A DNA stretch of 51,778 bases from NCBI GenBank assembly GCA_964597945.1, contig CAZRAD010000002.1, forward strand, positions 1 to 51,778, in the 5' to 3' direction. Positions 33,945-42,229 of this stretch are shown piece by piece. The stretch is from an uncultured bacterium (GTDB lineage Bacteria; Joyebacterota; Joyebacteria; Joyebacterales; Joyebacteraceae). Under the pieces are notes generated by a model. It did not search any database and was not told where the DNA came from. It worked only from the letters and a program-made list of their open reading frames with translations. Within the stretch, counting starts at the first letter, position 1, and each line of letters starts with the position of its first letter. Made by a program: the position numbers and the translations under genes.

Positions 33945-34961
33945 CTAGGGTACGATCTGCTTGAGTCGGTAGCCCGTGCCGTAGGTGTGGACCCGGAGCA
34001 TCCCCTCGTCGTCCACGGCGACGCCCCACTTGAGGTCGGGTACATGGAGCGCGATGACGACGGTTCCGTTCGCCGGGTTGATCGCGAAGAGGCTGTCCAC
34101 ATCGGCGACCGACACCCAGAGGAAGATCCCGTCGTGGTCGATGCCCTGAACACGGTAGGTGCCGCGCGGCGGGTCGATCGTGTCGATGAGCACACCGTCG
34201 GTCGTGTACTTGCTGATGCTCCCCGGTGTGCCCTGGTTGCTGGGGCAGATACCTTCATAGATGTACTCGCCGTCCCACGCGACGCCACCCTGCGAGTAGC
34301 TGTACTGGATCGGGAATGACGACAGCGTGTCCCCCGTGGTCGGGTTGACCTCAAACATCTTCGCGCCGCCCAGGTAGTCGCTGACCCAGAGGCTCGCGCC
34401 GTCCCAGGCAACGCCGCTTGGCCACTGGCTCGGCGAGGGAAGCGTGTCGACCGTCGCTCCCGTTGTCGGATCGGTCTTGTACAGCGTCGCCGGCGGTCCC
34501 CACTGGGGGCGCCAGAGCCAGCCGTCGACCCAGCCCATGGTCATCGATGATGTCCCCTCGACCATCACGTCCGACACGACGTGACCGTGTCTCTTGTCGA
34601 GTATGAACTGCGCTTCGGCCTCGTCCGTGACATCGCCGTCGCGGACCTCCACAACGACCGTGATCGTGTCGCCGTCCGTGAAACGGGCCACGAACGACAT
34701 CTCCGGGCTCCAGGATGTATCCCACGTTCCATCACCATCGTAGTCCCAACGGCACTCGAGGGCCCGCGAACGGCTCGTGCTCCCGCTCGCGTCGAACAGG
34801 ACGTCGGTGAGAATCGTCCCGTGTGTCGGCGTGAGTGCGAGGTCAGCCTCGAGTGCTTCGTCCGCGCCGGATGGGGAGGAGGAACTGCAGCCGATGAGGA
34901 TGCAGACTCCCGCAGCAGCGATCACGCAGAGCGCGAGCGCGACATGGATCGAACGCTTCAT
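33945..34961 (-). CDS. lipoprotein with PKD domain and beta-propeller repeats (tandem paralog of 32868-33878)
   Basis: Track ORF 33945-35099. ATG 34961 follows GGGGGA. Lipobox ILIG|CSSS. CRWDYDGDGTWD. The same blade pattern and the same C-terminal ending as its neighbour (GTGYRLKQIVP vs GVGYHIARIVP). Confidence 0.8.
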   Translation of the reverse strand: MKRSIHVALALCVIAAAGVCILIGCSSSSPSGADEALEADLALTPTHGTILTDVLFDASGSTSRSRALECRWDYDGDGTWDTSWSPEMSFVARFTDGDTITVVVEVRDGDVTDEAEAQFILDKRHGHVVSDVMVEGTSSMTMGWVDGWLWRPQWGPPATLYKTDPTTGATVDTLPSPSQWPSGVAWDGASLWVSDYLGGAKMFEVNPTTGDTLSSFPIQYSYSQGGVAWDGEYIYEGICPSNQGTPGSISKYTTDGVLIDTIDPPRGTYRVQGIDHDGIFLWVSVADVDSLFAINPANGTVVIALHVPDLKWGVAVDDEGMLRVHTYGTGYRLKQIVP

Positions 34962-35064
34962 GATTCCCCCTTTGCAGTCCTGGTAGCGGCGGGTCATCCT
35001 GTTCGTGGAAACGGCGCGGGTGTCGCGTGGACATCCGCGCCGCGCACAGTGTTCCAGAGTTCGT

Positions 35065-36378
35065 CTACTTGAGCAACACCGCTTTCGCGCTCTCTTCACC
35101 CATCTCCGTTGTGAGTCTGATGAAGTACACGCCGGTTGCGACCTCGCGTCCGGTGCCGTCCCGACCGAGCCAGACGACCTCGTGGTCTCCCGGGTCGCGG
35201 GTTCCGTCTTCGAGCACGGCGACGCGCCGGCCGCTCACGTCGTAGACCGCAAGCTCAACATCGGATGCGGTCGGGAGGTGATACGACAGGACCGTCTTTG
35301 GATTGAACGGGTTGGGGAAGCATGAGAGTCCGAGTCCGTTCACTCCGGCATCGACCACGCCGGTTCCGTCCGACGTCATCTGTGGCTGGACCGCGATGGC
35401 GTTGGCATTCGTCCCGCCGACGAGCGTGAACGAGTCCTTCAGCGTGTTGTCCGAGAGCTGGATAACGTAGACCTTCGTGACGGAGGAGAGGAGGACGCCG
35501 CCGGTGACGAATGCGTATCCGTCGGAGTCGAGGATGTCGACGTCTCTCGGGTCGGCGTACTGCTCGAGCGCGATGGTCGTCGTGGACCAGTCGCTTGTGT
35601 CAATCACGTAGACGTTCGAGTCATCCTCGCACGCGACGACGAGCTTCGAACCGTCATCGGTCACATCGATCCCCCAGGGATCGTCACCAACGGGGACCGT
35701 CGTGAATTCGGTCAACGTCGCTTGCTCAACGACGCGCACGACATCGCTGCCACGGTCGGTCACGTAGATGTACTCGCCGTCCGGGTCGACCACCAGCTGC
35801 CAGAGACTGGAGCCGATATCAACCATATCCTTGACGGAGAGGCCGTCGGAGGCGAGTTCGTAGAGCGTGTCACCATACCAGTCGGCCGCGTAGATCTTCT
35901 GGCTGACCGGGTCGAGCGCGAGCTGGCCGGGGCTGTCGTATGTGCTGCTCGAGCCCGAGCTGACCAGGAGGCTATCGACGACGTCGTACGTGCCTGTGTC
36001 GATGATGGCTACGAGGTCCTCATCGCGGCTGCTGACCATGGCGTGCAGTCCGTCGTCGGTGAACACCACGGAGTTCGGGTACTCCCAGACGTCGATTCGA
36101 TGTGTGATCAGCTGTGTATCCACCTCGATCACGACGACCCCGTCGCCGCTGGCTCCGCAGATCCAGACCTCTGAGCCGTCGGGACGCATGGTGCAGTCGT
36201 AGGGGTAGTTGCCTTCCGGGAGAAGATCCAGTGCGGATCCCACCGGCGCATACGTGGCGAGGTCGAACGGGACGGCACTGTCCGATGTGCTGCACGCGAC
36301 GAAGCCGGTGTCGGCGACCGCGGCGGCAGCGAGTGCCAGGGTGAGAAGGGCGGCGAAAGCGATGGTCGGTGCTCTCAT
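35065..36378 (-). CDS. YVTN-type beta-propeller repeat protein with FlgD-like/T9SS-type CTD
   Basis: RBS GGAGGAG. Signal peptide MRAPTIAFAALLTLALAAAAVA. Repeats such as RPDGSEVWICGASGDGVVVIEV, TDDGLHAMVSSRDEDLVAIIDT, DPDGEYIYVTDRGSDVVRVVE and TDDGSKLVVACEDDSNVYVIDT. CTD CFPNPFNPKTVLSYHL…VYDVSGRRV…TGVYFIRL…AVLLK. Confidence 0.85.
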   Translation of the reverse strand: MRAPTIAFAALLTLALAAAAVADTGFVACSTSDSAVPFDLATYAPVGSALDLLPEGNYPYDCTMRPDGSEVWICGASGDGVVVIEVDTQLITHRIDVWEYPNSVVFTDDGLHAMVSSRDEDLVAIIDTGTYDVVDSLLVSSGSSSTYDSPGQLALDPVSQKIYAADWYGDTLYELASDGLSVKDMVDIGSSLWQLVVDPDGEYIYVTDRGSDVVRVVEQATLTEFTTVPVGDDPWGIDVTDDGSKLVVACEDDSNVYVIDTSDWSTTTIALEQYADPRDVDILDSDGYAFVTGGVLLSSVTKVYVIQLSDNTLKDSFTLVGGTNANAIAVQPQMTSDGTGVVDAGVNGLGLSCFPNPFNPKTVLSYHLPTASDVELAVYDVSGRRVAVLEDGTRDPGDHEVVWLGRDGTGREVATGVYFIRLTTEMGEESAKAVLLK

Positions 36379-36477
36379 GGCTGCTCCTCCATCTGTGGTG
36401 TGAAGGGCGCGCCGGCGAACCCGGGGTGGGGCGGCGGTGGAGCCACCGGCAGCAGAGTGTCAAACTACAGCGTGTTC

Positions 36478-36486
36478 AGTATATCA
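36478..36486 (-). promoter_or_regulatory. possible extended -10 element (TGATATACT on the minus strand) for the YVTN gene
   Basis: The reverse complement of 36478-36486 reads TGATATACT (TGn + 5/6 of TATAAT), about 100 nt upstream of ATG 36378. There is no good -35 box. Confidence 0.25.
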
Positions 36487-36552
36487 GGGGCATCAGGCGG
36501 ATGCCAGACTCCAGCCGGCCTTCTGGTCCCGGGTGTCCTCACCCGAATCCCG

Positions 36553-36581
36553 TTGACACACACAGGGGCACGGCGTAGCAT
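36553..36581 (+). promoter_or_regulatory. candidate promoter of the catabolic operon (TTGACA, 17-nt spacer, TAGCAT)
   Basis: TTGACA at 36553-36558 and TAGCAT at 36576-36581 with a 17-nt spacer, about 110 nt upstream of ssnA ATG 36693. Confidence 0.4.
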
Positions 36582-36587
36582 TAAAAG

Positions 36588-36623
36588 CTCCGGAAGTTCC
36601 CAGTACACGGGCGTTTTCCGGAG
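36588..36623 (+). promoter_or_regulatory. perfect 8-bp inverted repeat CTCCGGAA-N20-TTCCGGAG at the predicted +1 (operator or 5' hairpin)
   Basis: The arms are at 36588-36595 and 36616-36623, immediately downstream of the candidate -10 box. Confidence 0.4.
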
Positions 36624-36692
36624 TTCTAGACAATATGCGAGGTTGCGGTGCTGAGCGTGCCGCGCGAACGGTTCGGTATATCCGGAGGCTGC

Positions 36693-38060
36693 ATGTCGGC
36701 GATTTCGAGGCTCCTCATCAGTGGCGGGACGATGTTCACCGGAGGTGAGGGCGGGCGAGTCGTCTCGGATGGGGCGGTCCTCGTTGAGGACAACCGGATA
36801 ACTGCCGTCGGGTCGTCTCGGGAGGTCGAGGCACTCGTCGTGGACGACGCGACCGTCGAGCGACTCGATGCCGCCGGCGGTCTCATCATGCCCGGCCTCG
36901 TGAACGCGCACACGCACCTCTACAGCGCGCTCGCCCGCGGACTCACCGCCGACCTGAAACCCTCCGGCAACTTCGTCGAGATCCTCGAGAACCTCTGGTG
37001 GCGGCTCGACCGCGCGCTCACCAACGAACACAACTGGTACTCGGCCGCGGCCGGCGCGCTCGATCTCATCGCCAGCGGCACCACCACTATCATCGATCAC
37101 CACGCAAGCCAGGTTCACGTTGAGGGCAGTCTCGACAACGTCGCCGAGGCGCTCATCGATATCGGCATCCGCGCGAATCTGTGTTTTGAGGTCACGGACC
37201 GCGATGGTCCTGTGAAGCGTGACGAGGGACTCGCCGAGAACGAGACCTTCGGCCGGCGCGTTGCCGCCGAGCACGCCTCCGCCGAAGGGGAGAGGCTCCT
37301 CACGTCCAGCGTCGGCCTCCACGCGAGCTTCACGCTCGATGATGAGACGCTCGACCGGGCTTCTGCGCTCGCGCGGGAGCTGGGTGTCGGGTGTCACATC
37401 CACGCCGCAGAGGACCGGGCGGATGTCGACGACAGTCTGGAGCGGTGCGGGAAGCGCGTGATCGAACGTCTCCACGACCACGGTATTCTCGGGGACCGCA
37501 GCATCGCCGTCCACGGGATCCACCTCAGCGATGCGGAGTTCGGTCTCCTCAAGGAGACGGACACGATCGTCGTGCACAACCCGCAGTCGAACATGAACAA
37601 CGCGGTCGGACGCTCGAACGTCGTTCGCATGCTCGACGAGGGATTGCTTGTCGGGCTTGGAACCGACGGCTTCACCGGAAGCATGTTCGATGAGATGAAG
37701 GTTGCGAACCTCATCCATCGCCACGACGCGGGAGACCCCCGGGTCGGCCACGATGTGGCGATGCGGCTCTGCATACAGAACAACCCGAGCATCGCCTCCC
37801 GCCTGGTCGGCGACCGGGTCGGCGTGCTGGAGCGGGGCGCCCTGGCCGACGTCATCGTGCTGGACTACGATCCGCCGACACCGCTTGTCGACGGCAACTT
37901 CGGCGGTCATCTCATCTTCGGTCTGACCGGCGGCATGGTGAACACGGTTGTCATCAATGGTTCGGTCGTCTACCGGGACCGCGAGTTCCTGACGGTCGAT
38001 GCCGTGGCGACACGGGCTCGCGCTCGTGAACTCGCCGCGGATCTGTGGGAGAGGATGTAG
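36693..38060 (+). CDS. ssnA: SsnA-family aminohydrolase (chlorohydrolase/guanine-deaminase-like amidohydrolase)
   Basis: Track ORF 36648-38060. ATG 36693 follows GGAGG (36684-36688). Strings shared with E. coli SsnA as I recall it: PGLVNAHTHLYSALARG, NLWWRLDRAL, IIDHHAS, HIHAAED, NPQSNMNNAVG, LGTDGFTGSMFDEMK. Confidence 0.9.
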   Translation: MSAISRLLISGGTMFTGGEGGRVVSDGAVLVEDNRITAVGSSREVEALVVDDATVERLDAAGGLIMPGLVNAHTHLYSALARGLTADLKPSGNFVEILENLWWRLDRALTNEHNWYSAAAGALDLIASGTTTIIDHHASQVHVEGSLDNVAEALIDIGIRANLCFEVTDRDGPVKRDEGLAENETFGRRVAAEHASAEGERLLTSSVGLHASFTLDDETLDRASALARELGVGCHIHAAEDRADVDDSLERCGKRVIERLHDHGILGDRSIAVHGIHLSDAEFGLLKETDTIVVHNPQSNMNNAVGRSNVVRMLDEGLLVGLGTDGFTGSMFDEMKVANLIHRHDAGDPRVGHDVAMRLCIQNNPSIASRLVGDRVGVLERGALADVIVLDYDPPTPLVDGNFGGHLIFGLTGGMVNTVVINGSVVYRDREFLTVDAVATRARARELAADLWERM

Positions 38061-38062
38061 TG

Positions 38063-39298
38063 ATGCGCGGAGCGACGGTCACGGGTCTGAGGTGCGCGAA
38101 ATGCGACGCGGAGCACGGCGCCATGGAGGCGGGCTTCACCTGCCCCGATTGCGGGCCGGACGGGATCCTGGATGTGCTCTACGACTACGATGAAGTCGCG
38201 AAGCACATCAGCCGCGAGACGCTCGGGGCTTCGCAGGAGCACTCGCACTGGCGCTATCTACCGCTCCTGCCTGTGAAGTCGATGGCGTCGGCGCCCCGAC
38301 CGCGGACCGGTTGGACGCCGCTCTACCATCTGCCCGGCCACCTGGGGCTCTCGGGAGTCCATATCAAAGACGACAGCGGCAACCCGACGGCGTCGCTGAA
38401 GGACCGTGCGACGTCGGTCGCACTCGCGCGCGCCCGTGATGAGGGCGTGACCGCCGTGGCGGCGGCGTCGACCGGCAACGCCGGATGTTCCCTCGCCGGG
38501 TTCTCCGCAGCTGAGGGTCTGCCGTGCTACATCTTCGTGCCGAAGACCGCGCCGCGGCCCAAGGTGGCGCAGCTGCTGGTCTACGGGGCCACCGTCTTCT
38601 CGGTCGATGGCAGCTACGACGACGCCTTCGATCTCGCGATGAAGGCCATCGAGGCGTTCGGATGGTACAACCGCTGCTGCGCCGTCAACCCGTACCTCGT
38701 CGAGGGCAAGAAGACGGTCGCCTTCGAGATCTGTGAACAGCTCGGTTTCCGCGCGCCCGACCGCGTGTTCGTTCCGGTCGGCGACGGGTGCATCATGAGC
38801 GGGACATACAAGGGATTCGCGGAATTCGAGCGGCTCGGTCTCATCGACCGGGTGCCCGAGCTCATCGGCGTCCAGGCCGAGGGCGCGAGCCCGGTCAAGG
38901 CCGCGTTCGAGTGCGGGGGTGATGTCGTCCCGTGTGAGGCGTGCACGTGCGCGGACAGCATCGCGGTCGGCCACCCGAGGAACTGGCGGAAGGCCGTCAA
39001 GGGTGTCCGGGCAAGCGGTGGCCGGATGATGACGGTCACCGATGATGAGATCCTCAGCGCGATCGCGTCGCTCGCAGGCTCGACCGGCATCTTCGGTGAG
39101 CCGGCCGGCGTGACCGCCTACGCGGGACTCGTGAAGGCCGTCGCAGAGGGTGCGGTCGGAGCCGACGAGACGATCGCCGTGCTGATGACAGGCAGCGGTC
39201 TCAAGGACACCGAGAGCGCGATGCGCTCGGTTGGTGAGCCGGTGTCGATCGGCTGTTCGCTCGCGGACGTGGAGCGGGAGCTGGCCACCCGACGGTAG
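38063..39298 (+). CDS. PLP-dependent fold-type-II enzyme, threonine-synthase-like, with N-terminal 4-Cys zinc ribbon
   Basis: Track ORF 38045-39298. ATG 38063 follows GGGAGAGGA. CAKCDAEHG…CPDCG ribbon. PLP-Lys motif NPTASLKDRAT. AASTGNAG. GSGLKD near the C-terminus. Confidence 0.8.
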   Translation: MRGATVTGLRCAKCDAEHGAMEAGFTCPDCGPDGILDVLYDYDEVAKHISRETLGASQEHSHWRYLPLLPVKSMASAPRPRTGWTPLYHLPGHLGLSGVHIKDDSGNPTASLKDRATSVALARARDEGVTAVAAASTGNAGCSLAGFSAAEGLPCYIFVPKTAPRPKVAQLLVYGATVFSVDGSYDDAFDLAMKAIEAFGWYNRCCAVNPYLVEGKKTVAFEICEQLGFRAPDRVFVPVGDGCIMSGTYKGFAEFERLGLIDRVPELIGVQAEGASPVKAAFECGGDVVPCEACTCADSIAVGHPRNWRKAVKGVRASGGRMMTVTDDEILSAIASLAGSTGIFGEPAGVTAYAGLVKAVAEGAVGADETIAVLMTGSGLKDTESAMRSVGEPVSIGCSLADVERELATRR

Positions 39299-39366
39299 GG
39301 TCTCCGCGACCGTGGCGGCGTCCACGGGGTCGCGCGAGTCGGAATCATGGCAAGAGGAGGTCGGGC

Positions 39367-39840
39367 GTGCTCGTGACACTGACCGTCAACGGAAGTCCCA
39401 GGAGCGCCGAGGTCGACTCGGCCGCGTCGCTCCTCACACTTCTCCGCACGGGCCTCGGCCTGACCGGGACGAAGCAGGGGTGCGGCAACGGTGAGTGTGG
39501 CGCGTGTACGGTGTTGCTCGATGGCGAGCCGGTGAACTCGTGTCTGGTCTTCGCCGCACAGTGTGAGGGCCGCAGCGTGCTCACGATCGAGGGGCTCTCG
39601 GAGTCCGGGGAGCTTGACGGCATCCAGCGCGCGTTCGCCGACGCAGGTGCTGTCCAGTGCGGGTTCTGCACGCCGGGTATGATCATGTCCGGGAAGGCGC
39701 TTCTCATGAGGAACCCGCGACCGACGCGCGAGGAGATCGCCGTGGCGATCTCCGGGAATCTCTGTCGCTGTACCGGGTACGTCAAGATCGTCGACGCGCT
39801 CGAGCAGGCGGCCGAGCAGGGAACGACCGAGGAGAACTGA
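39367..39840 (+). CDS. [2Fe-2S]-binding small subunit of a xanthine-dehydrogenase-family molybdenum hydroxylase (CoxS/XdhC-small type)
   Basis: GTG start after AAGAGGAGG. GCGNGECGACTVLLDGEPVNSCL (plant-type cluster). CGFCTPGMIMS…ISGNLCRCTGY (second cluster). Confidence 0.9.
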   Translation: MLVTLTVNGSPRSAEVDSAASLLTLLRTGLGLTGTKQGCGNGECGACTVLLDGEPVNSCLVFAAQCEGRSVLTIEGLSESGELDGIQRAFADAGAVQCGFCTPGMIMSGKALLMRNPRPTREEIAVAISGNLCRCTGYVKIVDALEQAAEQGTTEEN

Positions 39841-39928
39841 TTCGCACATCGTCGCCGAGTCGCGCGATATGCAACTCCGGAACGCCGGGGTATCGAAGCA
39901 GCGGAATGTGACTGGAGGATGATACGCG

Positions 39929-40351
39929 ATGGAGTACGCGCAGAAGGACAATCTGATCTTCATCCGTCTGCACCAGGGCGAGGATCTGTTCGAGAAGCTG
40001 ACGGATATCTGCACGGCATGCAACGTGAAGACGGGTGTGGTCATCTCGGGGATCGGCATGCTCAAGCAGTCCGAGCTCAAGTTCTACAAGAAGTACGGCG
40101 AGTACTCCGAGGTGCTCTTCCCGGAGCCGCTCGAGCTCGTGTCGCTCACGGGCAACATCATCTTCCAGGAGGGCGAGCACCAGTTCCATTTGCACGCCGT
40201 GCTTGCGAAGCCGGACAAGTCGTCGGTCGCCGGCCACCTCGGCAAGGGCAAGGTCAACGTCACCAACGAGATCGTTATCATGACGACCGACCTGGCGGCC
40301 CGCCGCGAACTCGATCCTGACACGGGCCTCATGGCTCTGACGTTCAAGTAG
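39929..40351 (+). CDS. PPC (DUF296) domain protein
   Basis: 140-aa ORF with RBS TGGAGGA. Pattern IFIRLHQGEDLFEKLTDICTACNVKTGVVISGIGML…ELVSLTGNI…HLHAVLA…AGHL is typical of the PPC/DUF296 fold as I recall it. Confidence 0.7.
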   Translation: MEYAQKDNLIFIRLHQGEDLFEKLTDICTACNVKTGVVISGIGMLKQSELKFYKKYGEYSEVLFPEPLELVSLTGNIIFQEGEHQFHLHAVLAKPDKSSVAGHLGKGKVNVTNEIVIMTTDLAARRELDPDTGLMALTFK

Positions 40352-40360
40352 GGAGGCGCC

Positions 40361-41176
40361 ATGAGTCCTACGCCGGTTGAGCTCAAAGAGGTCGCAACGA
40401 TTCTCAGGCGGGACGTCCTGACGATGCTGCTCGAGGCCGGTTCCGGTCATCCCGGCGGATCGCTCTCGTGTGTCGACATCCTCGCCGTGCTGTACTGGCA
40501 GGCGATGAGGGTCAACCCAGAGCGTCCGACGTGGGAGGACAGAGACCGACTCATCCTCTCGAAGGCACACGCGGCGCCCGCGCTCTACGCCGCGCTCGCG
40601 CGACGCGGGTACTTCGACGTCCGCGAGCTTCTCACGTTCCGCAAGCTCAAGTCGAAGCTCCAGGGATTTCCGGACATGCAGAAGACTCCCGGGATCGATG
40701 CGTCGGTGGGTTCGCCGGGGCAGGGGCTCTCCATTTCCAACGGGCTCGCGATCGCAGCCCGCCGCGACCGCAGGAACTTCCGCATCTACTGCCTGATGGG
40801 TGACGGTGAGGCGCAGGAGGGGCAGACGTGGGAGGCGGCCATGACGGCCGCGCACCACGGGATCGACAACGTCTGTGCGGTTATCGACCGCAATCACATG
40901 ATGGGCGACGGCAACACCGAGGAGATCGCGTCGCTCGCACCGCTCGGCGACAAATGGAAGACCTTCAACTGGCACGTTATCTCGGTGGACGGACATGACG
41001 TCGAGGCTCTCTCGGCCGCGTTCAACGAGGCTTCGTCCATGAAGGGGAAGCCGACCGTCGTCATCGCGAAGACCGTCAAGGGCAAGGGCGTTCCATTCAT
41101 GGAGAACCGCCCCGAGTGGCACGATCGGAAGCTCACGGAGGACCTCTACGAAGAGGCGATGCGGGCGCTCGCGTAA
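40361..41176 (+). CDS. transketolase, N-terminal (TPP-binding) subunit of a split enzyme
   Basis: RBS GGGAGG. GSGHPGGSLSCVDILAVLY. ILSKAHAAPALYA. TPP motif LMGDGEAQEGQTWEA. Confidence 0.9.
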   Translation: MSPTPVELKEVATILRRDVLTMLLEAGSGHPGGSLSCVDILAVLYWQAMRVNPERPTWEDRDRLILSKAHAAPALYAALARRGYFDVRELLTFRKLKSKLQGFPDMQKTPGIDASVGSPGQGLSISNGLAIAARRDRRNFRIYCLMGDGEAQEGQTWEAAMTAAHHGIDNVCAVIDRNHMMGDGNTEEIASLAPLGDKWKTFNWHVISVDGHDVEALSAAFNEASSMKGKPTVVIAKTVKGKGVPFMENRPEWHDRKLTEDLYEEAMRALA

Positions 41177-41193
41177 CCGCCGGGGGATATCAC

Positions 41194-42192
41194 ATGGCAG
41201 AGATGGGATTGGTGGATGTACATCACAGCGCCGTGAAGCTCGAGGCGACCAACCGCGGCTACGAGCGGGGTCTTATCGAGCTGGCCGAGCGGGGGGCGGA
41301 CATCATCGTGATGGACGCGGACCTCGCCGGGTCGAGCGGCACGGGCGAGTTCCGGAAGCGATTTCCGGATCGCTTCATGGACATCGGGTTGTGCGAGCAG
41401 GACATGCTCGGAACGGCGGCGGGACTCGCGCTCGCCGGAAAGTGCGTCTATGTTACGACGCACGGGATGCTGGCGGCGGGGAAGGCGTGGGACATTATCC
41501 GGTCGACCATCTGCTACGGCGCGCTCAACGTGAACATCTGCGGCGCCGATGCGGGGCTCTCCGCCGGTGGTGCCGGCGGGTCACGACAGTCGCTCGAGGA
41601 CGTGGCGGTGATGCGGACCCTGCCGGGGATGACGGTCGTCGTCCCGGCCGATTCACTCGAGGCGAAGAAGGCGACGATCGCCGCCTCGCGGATCCCCGGA
41701 CCGGTCTATCTTCGGTTCGCGGCGGCGCGGGTGCCCATTATCACGACCGACATCACGCCGTTCACCGTCGGCAAGGCGGAGGTCTACCGCCGTGGTGACG
41801 ACGTATCGATCCTCGCGTGCGGAGTCGTCGTCTACGAGGCGATGAAGGCCTCCAGGATGCTCGAGGACAATGGCATCGGTGCACGCGTGATCAACTGTCA
41901 CACGATCAAGCCGCTCGACCGCTCCATCATCAGCAGGGCGTCGGTGGAGACGGGCGCGCTCGTGACGGTGGAGGAGGGCGCGTCGATCGGCGGGCTCGGC
42001 GGCGCGTGCGCGGAGGCGCTGGCGCAGACGGGCCGCGCGACGCCGCTGAAGATCGTCGCCATCGACGACCGCTTCGGCGAATCGGGCGAGCACGAGGAAC
42101 TGCTGAACACGTTTGGTCTCACGGCGCGTGGCATCTCGGCCGCGGTGAGGGAAGTGATATCTCGGAAGAAGGGCGAACAGCCACAGTCATAG
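41194..42192 (+). CDS. transketolase, C-terminal (pyrimidine-binding) subunit of a split enzyme
   Basis: Track ORF 41116-42192. ATG 41194 follows GGGGGA. FPDRFMDIGLCEQDMLGTAAGLALAGK. SLEDVAVMRTLPGMTVVVPAD. INCHTIKPLD. Confidence 0.9.
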   Translation: MAEMGLVDVHHSAVKLEATNRGYERGLIELAERGADIIVMDADLAGSSGTGEFRKRFPDRFMDIGLCEQDMLGTAAGLALAGKCVYVTTHGMLAAGKAWDIIRSTICYGALNVNICGADAGLSAGGAGGSRQSLEDVAVMRTLPGMTVVVPADSLEAKKATIAASRIPGPVYLRFAAARVPIITTDITPFTVGKAEVYRRGDDVSILACGVVVYEAMKASRMLEDNGIGARVINCHTIKPLDRSIISRASVETGALVTVEEGASIGGLGGACAEALAQTGRATPLKIVAIDDRFGESGEHEELLNTFGLTARGISAAVREVISRKKGEQPQS

Positions 42193-42229
42193 CCGCGGGT
42201 ACCCCCCGGGCAGCGGAAGGAGACAGCAG

